From positions 672,001-736,000 of the forward strand of contig CAWCKY010000002.1 of NCBI GenBank assembly GCA_963796275.1: 64,000 nt of DNA, in the 5' to 3' direction. A program made the translations under genes and the position numbers. Each line of letters opens with the position of its first letter. Position 1 is the stretch's first letter. The notes below the pieces were generated by a model, which worked only from the letters and a program-made list of their open reading frames with translations, had not been told where the DNA came from and did no database searches. The DNA comes from an uncultured Acidobacteriota bacterium. Its GTDB lineage: Bacteria; Acidobacteriota; Blastocatellia; RBC074. Below are positions 21,917 to 31,044 of the stretch, one piece after another.

Positions 21917-22212
21917 CGTTTCCGTTTCGTAAACCGCATTCCAAGGAATGGAGTTATCGAGGCAGGAAATTTACGTTTCGTAAACGCCCAAGGTCTTGCG
22001 CTAAAGATCGAAGCCGCACTCCTGCCAATTAGCCATGAGCTGTCGTCCTGTCTTCCGGCATGGATGGAATGGCCCGGCGTTTACAGAACGGAAACGCCTC
22101 GTTTCCGTTTCGTAAACCGCATTCCAAGGAATGGACTTATCGAGGCAGGAAATTTACGTTTTGTAAACGCCCAAGTTATTGCGCAAAGATCGAAGCCGCG
22201 CTCCTGCTGATT
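21917..22212. repeat. Two ~110-bp direct repeats (21917-22030, 22100-22212) with internal palindromes
   Basis: Both copies read CGTTTCCGTTTCGTAAACCGCATTCCAAGGAATGGA..TATCGAGGCAGGAAATTTACGTTT.GTAAACGCCCAAG...AAAGATCGAAGCCGC.CTCCTGC. Confidence 0.9.
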
Positions 22213-22549
22213 TGCTCCATAAAATTCGATCATATCTCTTCACCGATGAGCGGCTTTTTCTCTTGGCTCACTGTCCCCAACGTTCCGGGCTTTGAGCGCT
22301 CGGTGGCAACGGTCTATCAGGCATAAGCTGTCGCTCTCTCTTCCCAGTATCGCCTGGAGCGCGGTCAGATCGAGGTAGGGCGACAGCCTCTCCGCCGAAT
22401 AAATTTGAGGCGGAATCTCCGACATGATTACTCTACCAATCATCGATGATCGAAGCGTCTGCTGTCTGGGAATAATGGCAATGAATTGTCTGGCACGCTG
22501 ATTGTTAATTGTGGCGTGTACAAAATGATAGCACTTAAGGGAGCATTCT

Positions 22550-22882
22550 ATGATGGCAGAAAAAGTGATGGAGGAGAACGAAGATACTTTCAACGCCGAG
22601 GATTTACTCGACCTTCTGGATGAATTTATGGGCCGCCGCGCAAGGTGGGGAGGAGATACGCTCGAGCTTGACTCGGGACAAACCATAGCGGCAATCGGCC
22701 TCTTCGTTATCAATGTGGGTTGGATATTGCGGCTGGACGAGCATCGGTACATTCGCCTCCCGGATGAGGCGGTCTTGAGGGGAGAGCCAATCGGCGCGGA
22801 ACTTGGGAGGATATGTTCCAATGAAACAGCTGGAGATGGGCGGAGGAAAAGCAAGCGTCATCGAGGCGATCGTAAGCGTTGA
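22550..22882 (+). CDS. Hypothetical protein
   Basis: 110-aa ORF with an AAGGGAG ribosome-binding site upstream; no recognisable motif. Confidence 0.45.
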   Translation: MMAEKVMEENEDTFNAEDLLDLLDEFMGRRARWGGDTLELDSGQTIAAIGLFVINVGWILRLDEHRYIRLPDEAVLRGEPIGAELGRICSNETAGDGRRKSKRHRGDRKR

Positions 22883-23121
22883 GCCGGCCGCGCTTCCGCA
22901 AGCCCGGCCTTGTGGCACACGGATTGTTGATCGTCACATCGACAGCGGAGGTCAACGCGGCAAAGCAATCGGGGAAAGAACCCGGAGCCAAACGCAATGG
23001 AATCCCATGCTCGATTCATAGGAATTGCAGCGCCCGTGGCGGGATGGAAAGAGCCGCCAGGCTTCCTGTAGTTCGCATTTTGTGGATCGACGCCGCTGAG
23101 ACAGCAACAAAGAGAATTCGT

Positions 23122-23904
23122 ATGAGAGCAAAGGTAAATACTCGCAACCTGCCGGCAACTCTCGATGGAGCCTCCGATGGAACGAAGCAGTCGTCAAGTC
23201 GGAGTGAGGTTCCGGAGGCGGTTGTCGCGCACTCGATTCCTCACGTCCTGCACCGCGACCCCGTAGACGTAAGGACGATCTTGAGTCTGACCTGGATGGG
23301 AATATTCTTCGCATTGCTCTTGCTCGCGAGTGTCGGCCTGAACGTCTTCCAATATATTCGCCGTCCCGATCGCATAATCATCGATCGATCGTCGGGCCAG
23401 GTCCTCATGATCAACGACCGGGAGTACGGGGAGACCGGAGCCGTCTCGGTCGGCCCGGACAGGCCCGGGGCGAAGGAGAAAGAATACATCAGTAATCAGT
23501 TCATCAAGGCGGTCTACGGTATCGACCCCGCCACACGGGCTAAAGACATGGAGAGGGCGATACGCATGATGGTTCCGGAATCCGCTGGTAAATTCGCCGC
23601 GTGGCTAAAGCAGACCGGGATACTGGACAAACAGCGAACCGAAAGCTGGCAGGTCGTGTGGACCCCACAACAAACAGAGATCGATCGGACCGACCCCTAC
23701 ACGGTGCGGATACTGGGGAGACAGCAGATCACCAAAGTGGTGGCCAACGCCGCTCAGCAGGAGGCTCGCCAACTCTCTTTAACGCTCAAGCTCGTGGCCG
23801 ATAAGCAAGGCCGCGCCGAGCACAACCTGATGTCAGGATTTCTCGTCGCCTGGTTCGACGAGAAGGAAGTGGTGCCGGACGGTAAGACGCCTGCTTCTCC
23901 GTAG
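23122..23904 (+). CDS. VirB8/TrbF-like protein
   Basis: Single TM helix then RPDRIIIDRSSGQV and an NTF2-like alpha/beta domain ending GFLVAWF; precedes virB9 and virB10. Start codon uncertain. Confidence 0.65.
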   Translation: MRAKVNTRNLPATLDGASDGTKQSSSRSEVPEAVVAHSIPHVLHRDPVDVRTILSLTWMGIFFALLLLASVGLNVFQYIRRPDRIIIDRSSGQVLMINDREYGETGAVSVGPDRPGAKEKEYISNQFIKAVYGIDPATRAKDMERAIRMMVPESAGKFAAWLKQTGILDKQRTESWQVVWTPQQTEIDRTDPYTVRILGRQQITKVVANAAQQEARQLSLTLKLVADKQGRAEHNLMSGFLVAWFDEKEVVPDGKTPASP

Positions 23905-23948
23905 CTATCAACGGTTCCAATTTGTTTCTCGATTTTAGGAGTAAAGAC

Positions 23949-25175
23949 ATGCTGCCTAGCAGTCGTAGTGTCGTTATTTTCGTCTCTACTATCGCCATGA
24001 CGCTGGCTCTAAGCCTGGTTGCCACCGCGCAAGAGAGGCGGGAGAGGCGAAGCACGGTCGATGAAGCGAAATCCCCGCCGATGCCTGAGCACACAGCCAC
24101 TCCCACGCCCGTCAAACTCATCGAGCCACCCGGAGTCGACTATTTCTCTGGCGAAGCGAAGGTGGCCGTCAGCGGAAATCAGGTTCCTGTTATCCGCCTG
24201 GGATTATCGCAGTATGCGGCGACGATCATCGAATTCCCATCATCCGACCGGCTGTTCAATCTGATACCAGGCGACTCGAACCTGGTGACCATCGAGGAAT
24301 CGCCGACCAAGGAGACGGACCATTTCCTTATCGTTCGCCCCGGTGATGGGTTCGCCTCTCCGGCGACCATGTCCAAAGCCCGGCGCGAGCCGGCGACCTC
24401 GGTCATCGTGCAAATGCAGTCCGGACTGGTGGTCACGTTTCTCTTCTATCCCGTCAGGCAACTGAATGAACACGCCCACCGTGTCGTCGTGACATACGAC
24501 CGTAGCGAAGTAGTCGCGGTCAGGCGCGCCGCAGGACTTGCCGTCAATCTCGATAGCACAAACCGCGTACCCAGGCCACGCACTAATTCCCTGCGAATCG
24601 CCACGCCATCCGAATCGCCCGCTCCGGACGAAACAACTCCCGCGCAGGCCCCGGCCCCCCAGGCCCCCAGGGCTGTGGCCGATCTGGCCGAGATCGATAC
24701 TTCCGAGCCTCCAGCCAAGCGCCTCGGGAAGAGCCGAGATCCGGCCCGCACCGCCAGCCTCGCCCTGACCGAGGCAACCAAAACTCCCGAAATTTTTAAA
24801 AAGTGGAGCGAGACGGTCCACGGCCTGTCCCTCTCGGTCTCACCCATTCGCGAAGTGGACAAACACTCACAGCTCGTGGTCGTCGCCGTCAAGAACACGA
24901 GAAAGAGGGATGCGCGCATCGTGCCGGGTCAACCATCAATCTCGCTTGAAACGGTCGACAGCAAGAAACGTCCGATTCAGATAGAAGCGATCAGGACGCT
25001 CGCAGTGGACACGACGGTCGTGGATGAGGTGATCCGAGGCGGAGAGACTCAGTACTACGCGGTCGTTTACGAAACTCCCATTATGGGAGCCAGGCAGCGG
25101 TTGCGCGTATCCGTCGGACATATCACGGCAGCTGACGAACCGGCGACCGTGAATCTGACCTCATCGAATCGCTGA
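23949..25175 (+). CDS. VirB9/TrbG/TraK-like outer-membrane core protein
   Basis: AGGAG RBS, signal peptide, beta-rich N-domain (IRLGLSQYAATIIEFP), linker and second beta domain. Confidence 0.6.
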   Translation: MLPSSRSVVIFVSTIAMTLALSLVATAQERRERRSTVDEAKSPPMPEHTATPTPVKLIEPPGVDYFSGEAKVAVSGNQVPVIRLGLSQYAATIIEFPSSDRLFNLIPGDSNLVTIEESPTKETDHFLIVRPGDGFASPATMSKARREPATSVIVQMQSGLVVTFLFYPVRQLNEHAHRVVVTYDRSEVVAVRRAAGLAVNLDSTNRVPRPRTNSLRIATPSESPAPDETTPAQAPAPQAPRAVADLAEIDTSEPPAKRLGKSRDPARTASLALTEATKTPEIFKKWSETVHGLSLSVSPIREVDKHSQLVVVAVKNTRKRDARIVPGQPSISLETVDSKKRPIQIEAIRTLAVDTTVVDEVIRGGETQYYAVVYETPIMGARQRLRVSVGHITAADEPATVNLTSSNR

Positions 25176-25205
25176 TCTCCAACCTACCGGAGAAAGGACT
25201 AGCAG

Positions 25206-26625
25206 ATGGACTCGAACGAATCCAACGACCTTTATCACAACGGCGCCGCCGGCGTCACCGAAGGAGCTCCGGGCGCACAAGACAATGACCTTGACCACCT
25301 GGACATCGAGGATGACGAGGATGATAGGCCGGGGGGTGAAGGGAGAGAGCCCGCCCGCAAAGGCAAGAGTAAGCGGCTCGTGGGCGGAATATTCATCCTC
25401 CTGATTCTCGTCGCTGCGGGAGCCGGCTTGTGGGTGATCTCCAACAGCCGGAAAACGAAGATCCAGATTCCGGTGCGGGACAATGCCAGGAAAACCGATC
25501 AATCAACTGCCCGCGGCAATGACGACTCCAATAGTATGACGGCGCAAGCTATTGAATCTGTCCGCAATTCGATTGCGACCCCGACGCCTGTGGCATCAGG
25601 ATCACCCATTCCCCCATCCGGAGTGAAAGGGACAACCGTGACCTCGAACACCCCTGTCACGGATGTTATTGGAGCCGGGAACACCGTCCGGTCACCCACG
25701 AACGATACAGCCGCCGGGCAAAGCGGCGTATCTTCGGGCGCGGGGGCGTCAAGGCGTGATGAAATCGCCTTCCAGCGCAATCCCGAGCGATCGATCCGGT
25801 GTGCCCCGACTCCCACTCCGGTCCCGGTGCGTCAATCACTCAGAGGAGAACCCGCTACTCAGCCAATACTTGAGCCTGCCGCACTCAAGCGCGTACTCGA
25901 CTCGGGTGTTGTGCTGCCTCCGTTCGGCGCGTTTCTCCCGGTCAGGACATTAGGGGCGATCTACACCCTGCGCCAGAGCATGGCCCGCTTCGAATTGACT
26001 CGAGACGTGCGTGGACAGGGATGGGAGCTGCAGAAAGGCACGCTTCTCATCGGACAACTACAAGGAAGCGAGCAGGACCGCGCATACATCAGCATGACGG
26101 GATTCATAGATCCATCCTCAGGAAAACTGGTAAAGGTGGATGGTGATCTCTTAGGAACCGACGGCGCGCCGGGCATCAAAGGCAAGCGGCACAAAGTGAG
26201 CAGCACCTGGAAGCGGGTCCTCGACCGCGCGGTGACCAGCGGCGTCGCCCTGGGACAGGCGGCGCTCTCAAGAGGGAATTCAACCACGATAGTTCTGCCT
26301 GGCGCGGTAGCTCCAGAGCTTACAGCCCTTACCTCGACCAGTAACCGTGAGTTCGTGGAGGTACCGGCAGCTACGCCCGCTTACCTTCTGATCACCCGCT
26401 TGCCGGAACAGGCGCCAGGCGTCGATGCGCCGCAGGTGGCTGCGGGAATGGCAGAGAACTCAACCTCTGCTTCTAACAACAATGGCGACAAGCTGCTCTC
26501 CGATGAAGAGGTGGCCCGGCTGATGGAATCCGGTTCGCCGGAAGAGATTCGCGCGGCGATGCCTCGCATGAGCTCTCGAGTTGCGGCAGCTCGCCGAGAC
26601 AGTGTTGAAGGAGACGAACAAGTAA
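25206..26625 (+). CDS. VirB10/TrbI-like protein (one-base indel near 26575 fuses it to the next ORF in this sequence)
   Basis: Acidic N-terminus, TM helix, Pro/Thr-rich stalk, LPPFG...KGTLLIG...DGAPGIKG TrbI-like domain; alternative frame ends ELRQLAETVLKETNK-TAA overlapping the next ATG. Confidence 0.7.
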
Positions 26626-27653
26626 TGCAACCGAAAGATCATTCAAGACCAAGCGTCAATCCGCGCCGCCTGCTCGAACAAAAAGGGATCGACGAGCTGG
26701 CTCAAACACTCGCCGATACCGGCTACCTGATCCAGCGACAGCTGCTCGTTGACCTTGCGCACACGCTGCGAAGCCGCAAGCCGCTGCTGATCGAAGGGCC
26801 TCGGGGCGGGGGGAAGACGGCGCTCGCCGAAGCCCTGGCCGAAGCCTGCAATCTGTCGACCTTCTACCTGCAGGGAATGGAGGGGCTGACCCTGGCCGAC
26901 GTCTTGTATGACTGGGACCGCGAGGGACAGACGCAGATGGTCCGGCAGGAGCTGGCCGCGGGAACTAAACTCAAAGACGCTCAGGACAAGCAATTCACGC
27001 GTGAATACTTGATTCTGGGTGAAGCCTTAGGGGCGTTCAATTACGCCGGTTCGCACGACGACGTGCCGGTGTTGATCGTCGACGAAGCTGACAAGCTTCA
27101 AGAGAAGGTCGAGGACATGCTCCTGCAATTGCTCGGCCGCGGTTATGCCCATGTGCCGCGCTTCGGCGACATCGGCGTGAGAGATCCCGCGCGGTGGCCG
27201 GTGGTGATCCTGCTTTCGAACGATATCCGGCACGACCTGTCGGCCCCACTGCGCTCGCGCTGTCTCTATACCTGGCTCGATCCGCCTTCCCCCCGCGAAG
27301 AAGTGCGAATCCTTAGGGCGCGAGCCCCGCTGGCTGGCCGGGAATTGGTGACCGGCGTTACCAAGCTCATCAACTGCATCAGGCGGGACATGCCTGGGGT
27401 CAGGGACAAGCCCGGGATCCGTGAGTCCATCGACCTGATCAGGGCCCTGACCCTGGCCGGAGTGAAGAAACTGACGGGGGACGTGATCGGCGAACACTTG
27501 TGCTACCTGGGCAAACGGCACAAGGAGCTGCTCAATCTGCGGCAGGGCCTCGCAAGACTTGAATTCGCCGTGCATCAGCCGGATGTAGAGATTGATGAGT
27601 GGGTGGCATGGGCCTTCGAGGATAAGGCCAGTGTGCTCGAACAGGCGGCCTGA
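26625..27653 (+). CDS. MoxR/CoxD-family AAA+ ATPase
   Basis: AAGGAG RBS then MQPKDH; KPLLIEGPRGGGKT Walker A, LYDWD, LIVDEADK Walker B, LLSNDIRHDLSAPLRSRCLY sensor/Arg finger, KPGIRESID. Confidence 0.85.
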   Translation: MQPKDHSRPSVNPRRLLEQKGIDELAQTLADTGYLIQRQLLVDLAHTLRSRKPLLIEGPRGGGKTALAEALAEACNLSTFYLQGMEGLTLADVLYDWDREGQTQMVRQELAAGTKLKDAQDKQFTREYLILGEALGAFNYAGSHDDVPVLIVDEADKLQEKVEDMLLQLLGRGYAHVPRFGDIGVRDPARWPVVILLSNDIRHDLSAPLRSRCLYTWLDPPSPREEVRILRARAPLAGRELVTGVTKLINCIRRDMPGVRDKPGIRESIDLIRALTLAGVKKLTGDVIGEHLCYLGKRHKELLNLRQGLARLEFAVHQPDVEIDEWVAWAFEDKASVLEQAA

Positions 27654-27663
27654 ACTGGAGAAG

Positions 27664-28332
27664 ATGATGGCTCTGAAGGCGCCGGCGCTATCGCCCATGA
27701 CCATAGTTTGCACGACGGCCTTGATCGTCATCGCGGCGTTTGTCGCCGCGAACTACTTCGGGCTGGGCGCAAAAGTGGTTGATCCCCAAGTCACGATGGA
27801 GCCCGGCCGGAGCGCGGCGGGGAAACAAGGATCCGTGCGGCAGGCCGCTATTCCAACAGTGATCGACGGCGAGGTGGTGCGGACTGCGGAGCGCATCACC
27901 GAGGCCACGGCGCTCACTTTTTCGGCCGCCCTTTACGCGGCAAACGAACAGCTCCGGGGGCGCACTCCGCGTACGGTGCGGGACTTGTTGGACGGAGTGG
28001 CCAGGCAAAACCTGATGCCGCCGGGTCTTGCGTTTACTCAGGTCGAAGGTGTGCTCGCTTCATCCTGCCCTCTGCAGTCGGCCGGCTGCGGAACCCTATC
28101 GGTTCGCTATCGCCCCGTCCCTTTGGGCATCGAGGTCGTCTCGATCGGAAGCAAACCCCAGGACGGCCCCGCGCTGATCGTGCGCCTGCCGGATGAGACG
28201 TCGGACCAGGGCGAAGCCAAATTGTTCATCGCCGATAGCCTGAACGTTGTGAAAGTGCCGGATCCGTTTGCGCCGGCGGCAGTGGTGATCGCATCCGGTT
28301 GGAGTCCTGAACGCTGGCGCTCGCTCAAATAA
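27664..28332 (+). CDS. Membrane-anchored hypothetical protein, weakly pilin/pseudopilin-like
   Basis: N-terminal TM helix; AALYAANEQLRGRTPRTVRDLL segment; co-directional within the transfer operon. Confidence 0.55.
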   Translation: MMALKAPALSPMTIVCTTALIVIAAFVAANYFGLGAKVVDPQVTMEPGRSAAGKQGSVRQAAIPTVIDGEVVRTAERITEATALTFSAALYAANEQLRGRTPRTVRDLLDGVARQNLMPPGLAFTQVEGVLASSCPLQSAGCGTLSVRYRPVPLGIEVVSIGSKPQDGPALIVRLPDETSDQGEAKLFIADSLNVVKVPDPFAPAAVVIASGWSPERWRSLK

Positions 28333-28349
28333 TCCCTGACGAGGTTTTC

Positions 28350-30503
28350 ATGGCCCTGGATCAATTCCTCAAGCGAATAGACGCCCGCTACCGGATACCA
28401 CGCCCCGCAAACGCCCTCTATCTGGACTCCTACCAGGCCGGATTTCGTCTCATGCGCGATGTGGGCGAAGGGATGCTGCTCGTCGCCTGCGGAGTGGGCA
28501 CCGCCTGCATTCTCTGGCAGATCGCGAATGTGCTGCTGCGGATCGGCGTCGAGATCCACGAATACATGCTCGCCGCTATGCCCGTCGCTCTGCTGATCAG
28601 TGTGGCCGAAGCCTTGTCGCTGGTGATTCCCTATTACCGAATCACACAGCGCTTGACCCACGGTTCGGCGCGATGGGCTGATGTGGAAAATCTGAAAGCG
28701 CTCGGACTGGCTCATGATAATCGGCGATTGTTGCCGCCCGGAGCACTGCGGATCGGGAGGCTCACGCGCCGGTATGAACTCGTCCTGCCGTTCGGCCAGG
28801 CCCTCCGCCATGTGGCGATCTTCGGCCCCCCCGGTTCCGGCAAATCGTCGAGCTTTTTTATGCCCATGGCCCGCGATTGGGCGAATCAGGGTTCCGCCAT
28901 CTTTCTGGATCCGAAAGGCGAGCTCTTCAAGCACACCGCCTGCCATTTCAGAAGAAGATACCGGGTCGACCTCTCCGATCCGAGATTGTCGGATCGATGG
29001 AACTTCGTCTCCGCCTGCAAGGGCGACGCGGAGACGGCACACGAGATCGCATCGATCATCGTCGGATTCGACCCGAACAAAGAATCGCACTTCGATCCGT
29101 TCTGGGCGCAGGCGGAGACCGCGCTGCTGACCGCGGTCCTGTTGCACCTGCCACAAATCGCGGTTAGCCCCACTCCGGCGATGATCGCCGAATACATTGC
29201 CAGCTCCGACCTGGCCTGGATCGATCGAGAGATGTCGCAATCGCCCGACCAGGAAGCCCGAGTCTATTGGGGGCTTTTCCAAAAAGCCGATAAGGAGAAG
29301 ACACAGGGAGGCGTCTTCACCGGGCTTGGAGTGAAACTCGCTCCATTCAGGTCGCCGCATGCCATGGCCGTCCTTCAATCTATAAGCCCGGAGGAACGCG
29401 CGCGGGGGCTGCGCGAGATCGATCTGTCCGACCTTCGCCAGCCCGGAACCGCCATCTATGTCGTCATTCCCGAGGGCGATGCGACTCGTTATCAGGTTGT
29501 GCTCTCGATCCTCTTCGGCCTGGCGGCATCCATGACGCGGAAGACGAGCCACGACGAGAACGGCGCTCTGGTGCTGCTGGCGCTCGACGAAGCAGGAAAC
29601 ATACCGCTGCATGGTTTGAGCGAAATGCTCGGCGTGGGCCGTGGGAGGCGTGTCAGCATCGTCCTGGGTTACCAGAACATCGGGCAACTCTACAAGCAAC
29701 ACGGACTCAACGGCGCACACGCGATCTTAGGCTCCGTCGGGACGATGATCTTTCTTCCGGGGCTCGACTCCGAGACGGCGCAGTATGCCGTCAAACGGAT
29801 CGGGCGCACCACGGTCCTGCAACATACTACTGTCGATTCGCCGGGGACCTCGCTGGACAACGAGCGGTGGGCCGAGACCGGGCGAGACCTGATCGACGCC
29901 GCGGAACTGCGGCAGATGGCGGAGTATCTGCAAGCCGTGGCAATCACCACCACAGCTCCGCCGATCAAGTTCGGGTTTCCCGAATATGAGAGGAGCGGTC
30001 GGCTGGCTCGGGCGCTCCCCCGCGAGTTGGGGCAACCGATTTCGCTGAAGGAGGCCATCAAGGCGGCAATGCCGCCGCGGGTGGAGGCGACGGCGGTGGC
30101 GGTGGACACGTATCCCGCCGACTTCCCCTCATCGGGATTCGGTGACGTCCCTTCGCGCCCACAGGAAAAGCGAGCGCCTGAGAGGCTGGCGAATAAGAAT
30201 CAGCTCTCGCTCTTCGACGGCGGCGGCGCGGGAAACGGCAAGCGCGCCACGCAAGATAAGCTCAAGCCCGGCGATCAAGATGACGCAATTTATTTCGGCG
30301 GCAAGCACCAAACCAGGAATTCACTCCCCGGCCTTTCGGAGATTGCCGATGAGAACGACGACAAACAGCGGGCGAGCCGGTTAGATCCGGATCCCGCGCC
30401 GCCCACGGAGCCCGCCCAGGCGACGAGGTCCCGGATCAGTGCGGCCAGGAAGCGCTCCAACCGGCGCGGATTCGGAGAAGCGCCGCCGCAGGAGGAGACG
30501 TGA
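28350..30503 (+). CDS. VirD4/TraG-TraD type IV coupling protein
   Basis: Two N-terminal TM helices, THGSARWA, GPPGSGKS Walker A, DPKGEL, DPFW, LALDEAGN Walker B, YQNIGQL. Confidence 0.93.
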   Translation: MALDQFLKRIDARYRIPRPANALYLDSYQAGFRLMRDVGEGMLLVACGVGTACILWQIANVLLRIGVEIHEYMLAAMPVALLISVAEALSLVIPYYRITQRLTHGSARWADVENLKALGLAHDNRRLLPPGALRIGRLTRRYELVLPFGQALRHVAIFGPPGSGKSSSFFMPMARDWANQGSAIFLDPKGELFKHTACHFRRRYRVDLSDPRLSDRWNFVSACKGDAETAHEIASIIVGFDPNKESHFDPFWAQAETALLTAVLLHLPQIAVSPTPAMIAEYIASSDLAWIDREMSQSPDQEARVYWGLFQKADKEKTQGGVFTGLGVKLAPFRSPHAMAVLQSISPEERARGLREIDLSDLRQPGTAIYVVIPEGDATRYQVVLSILFGLAASMTRKTSHDENGALVLLALDEAGNIPLHGLSEMLGVGRGRRVSIVLGYQNIGQLYKQHGLNGAHAILGSVGTMIFLPGLDSETAQYAVKRIGRTTVLQHTTVDSPGTSLDNERWAETGRDLIDAAELRQMAEYLQAVAITTTAPPIKFGFPEYERSGRLARALPRELGQPISLKEAIKAAMPPRVEATAVAVDTYPADFPSSGFGDVPSRPQEKRAPERLANKNQLSLFDGGGAGNGKRATQDKLKPGDQDDAIYFGGKHQTRNSLPGLSEIADENDDKQRASRLDPDPAPPTEPAQATRSRISAARKRSNRRGFGEAPPQEET

Positions 30504-31033
30504 ATCAGGCCGCGAGCAAAAGGCGGGTTCGAATGTCTCTCGTGATGTTCGGCGCATCGGCGGCTTCGCTCATTATCGCCTACGCGGCCGCGACCATCCT
30601 GGAGGTTTGGCAGCTGCGCGAGCAGACACCCCGACTCGCCGCCGACAGCATGGTGAAAACCCTCCGCGCCCATCACCGGCAAACGGGGCGATTCCCGAAC
30701 GATTTCCGTGAGTTGGAGGCGAGAGTCTGGAAACACAAAACCATGCCTGATTTCGGAGCTGACGGACGCAGTCTCTCGATAGCCAACTATTACTACCTTT
30801 ATCACCCGGTCAATGCAGGCGCCTGTACGATCTGGATCATCCCGGTGGGTCCGCGACGCGAAGAGGGCTCGACACACTTTTTGCTGCTCTATCCGGATAG
30901 CCTGCGACGATGGAAAGGCCCGCCGCTCTCGCTCGACGAGATCGGAAAACTTCGCAGCGTGCCGCAGTACGGCGAGATGAACATCCTGGGAATGACCGAG
31001 CAACGGCCGATCGATCTGGTTAAGAGGAAGTAG
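30500..31033 (+). CDS. Membrane-anchored hypothetical protein, pseudopilin (GspG)-like
   Basis: N-terminal TM helix then MVKTLRAHHRQTGRFPNDFREL and NYYYLY; overlaps the virD4 stop (GTGA). Confidence 0.55.
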   Translation: MNQAASKRRVRMSLVMFGASAASLIIAYAAATILEVWQLREQTPRLAADSMVKTLRAHHRQTGRFPNDFRELEARVWKHKTMPDFGADGRSLSIANYYYLYHPVNAGACTIWIIPVGPRREEGSTHFLLLYPDSLRRWKGPPLSLDEIGKLRSVPQYGEMNILGMTEQRPIDLVKRK

Positions 31034-31044
31034 CGAGGTGAGCG

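Noticed and set aside
21917-22212. CRISPR array
   Set aside because: Only two long copies, no regular repeat-spacer period and no cas genes. No CRISPR array was seen anywhere in the window.
25206-27653. Apparent 815-aa VirB10-MoxR fusion protein in the ORF track
   Set aside because: A single extra base near 26575 explains it: the other frame gives a natural ending ELRQLAETVLKETNK-TAA overlapping an ATG with an AAGGAG RBS. Treated as two genes unless reads confirm the fusion.
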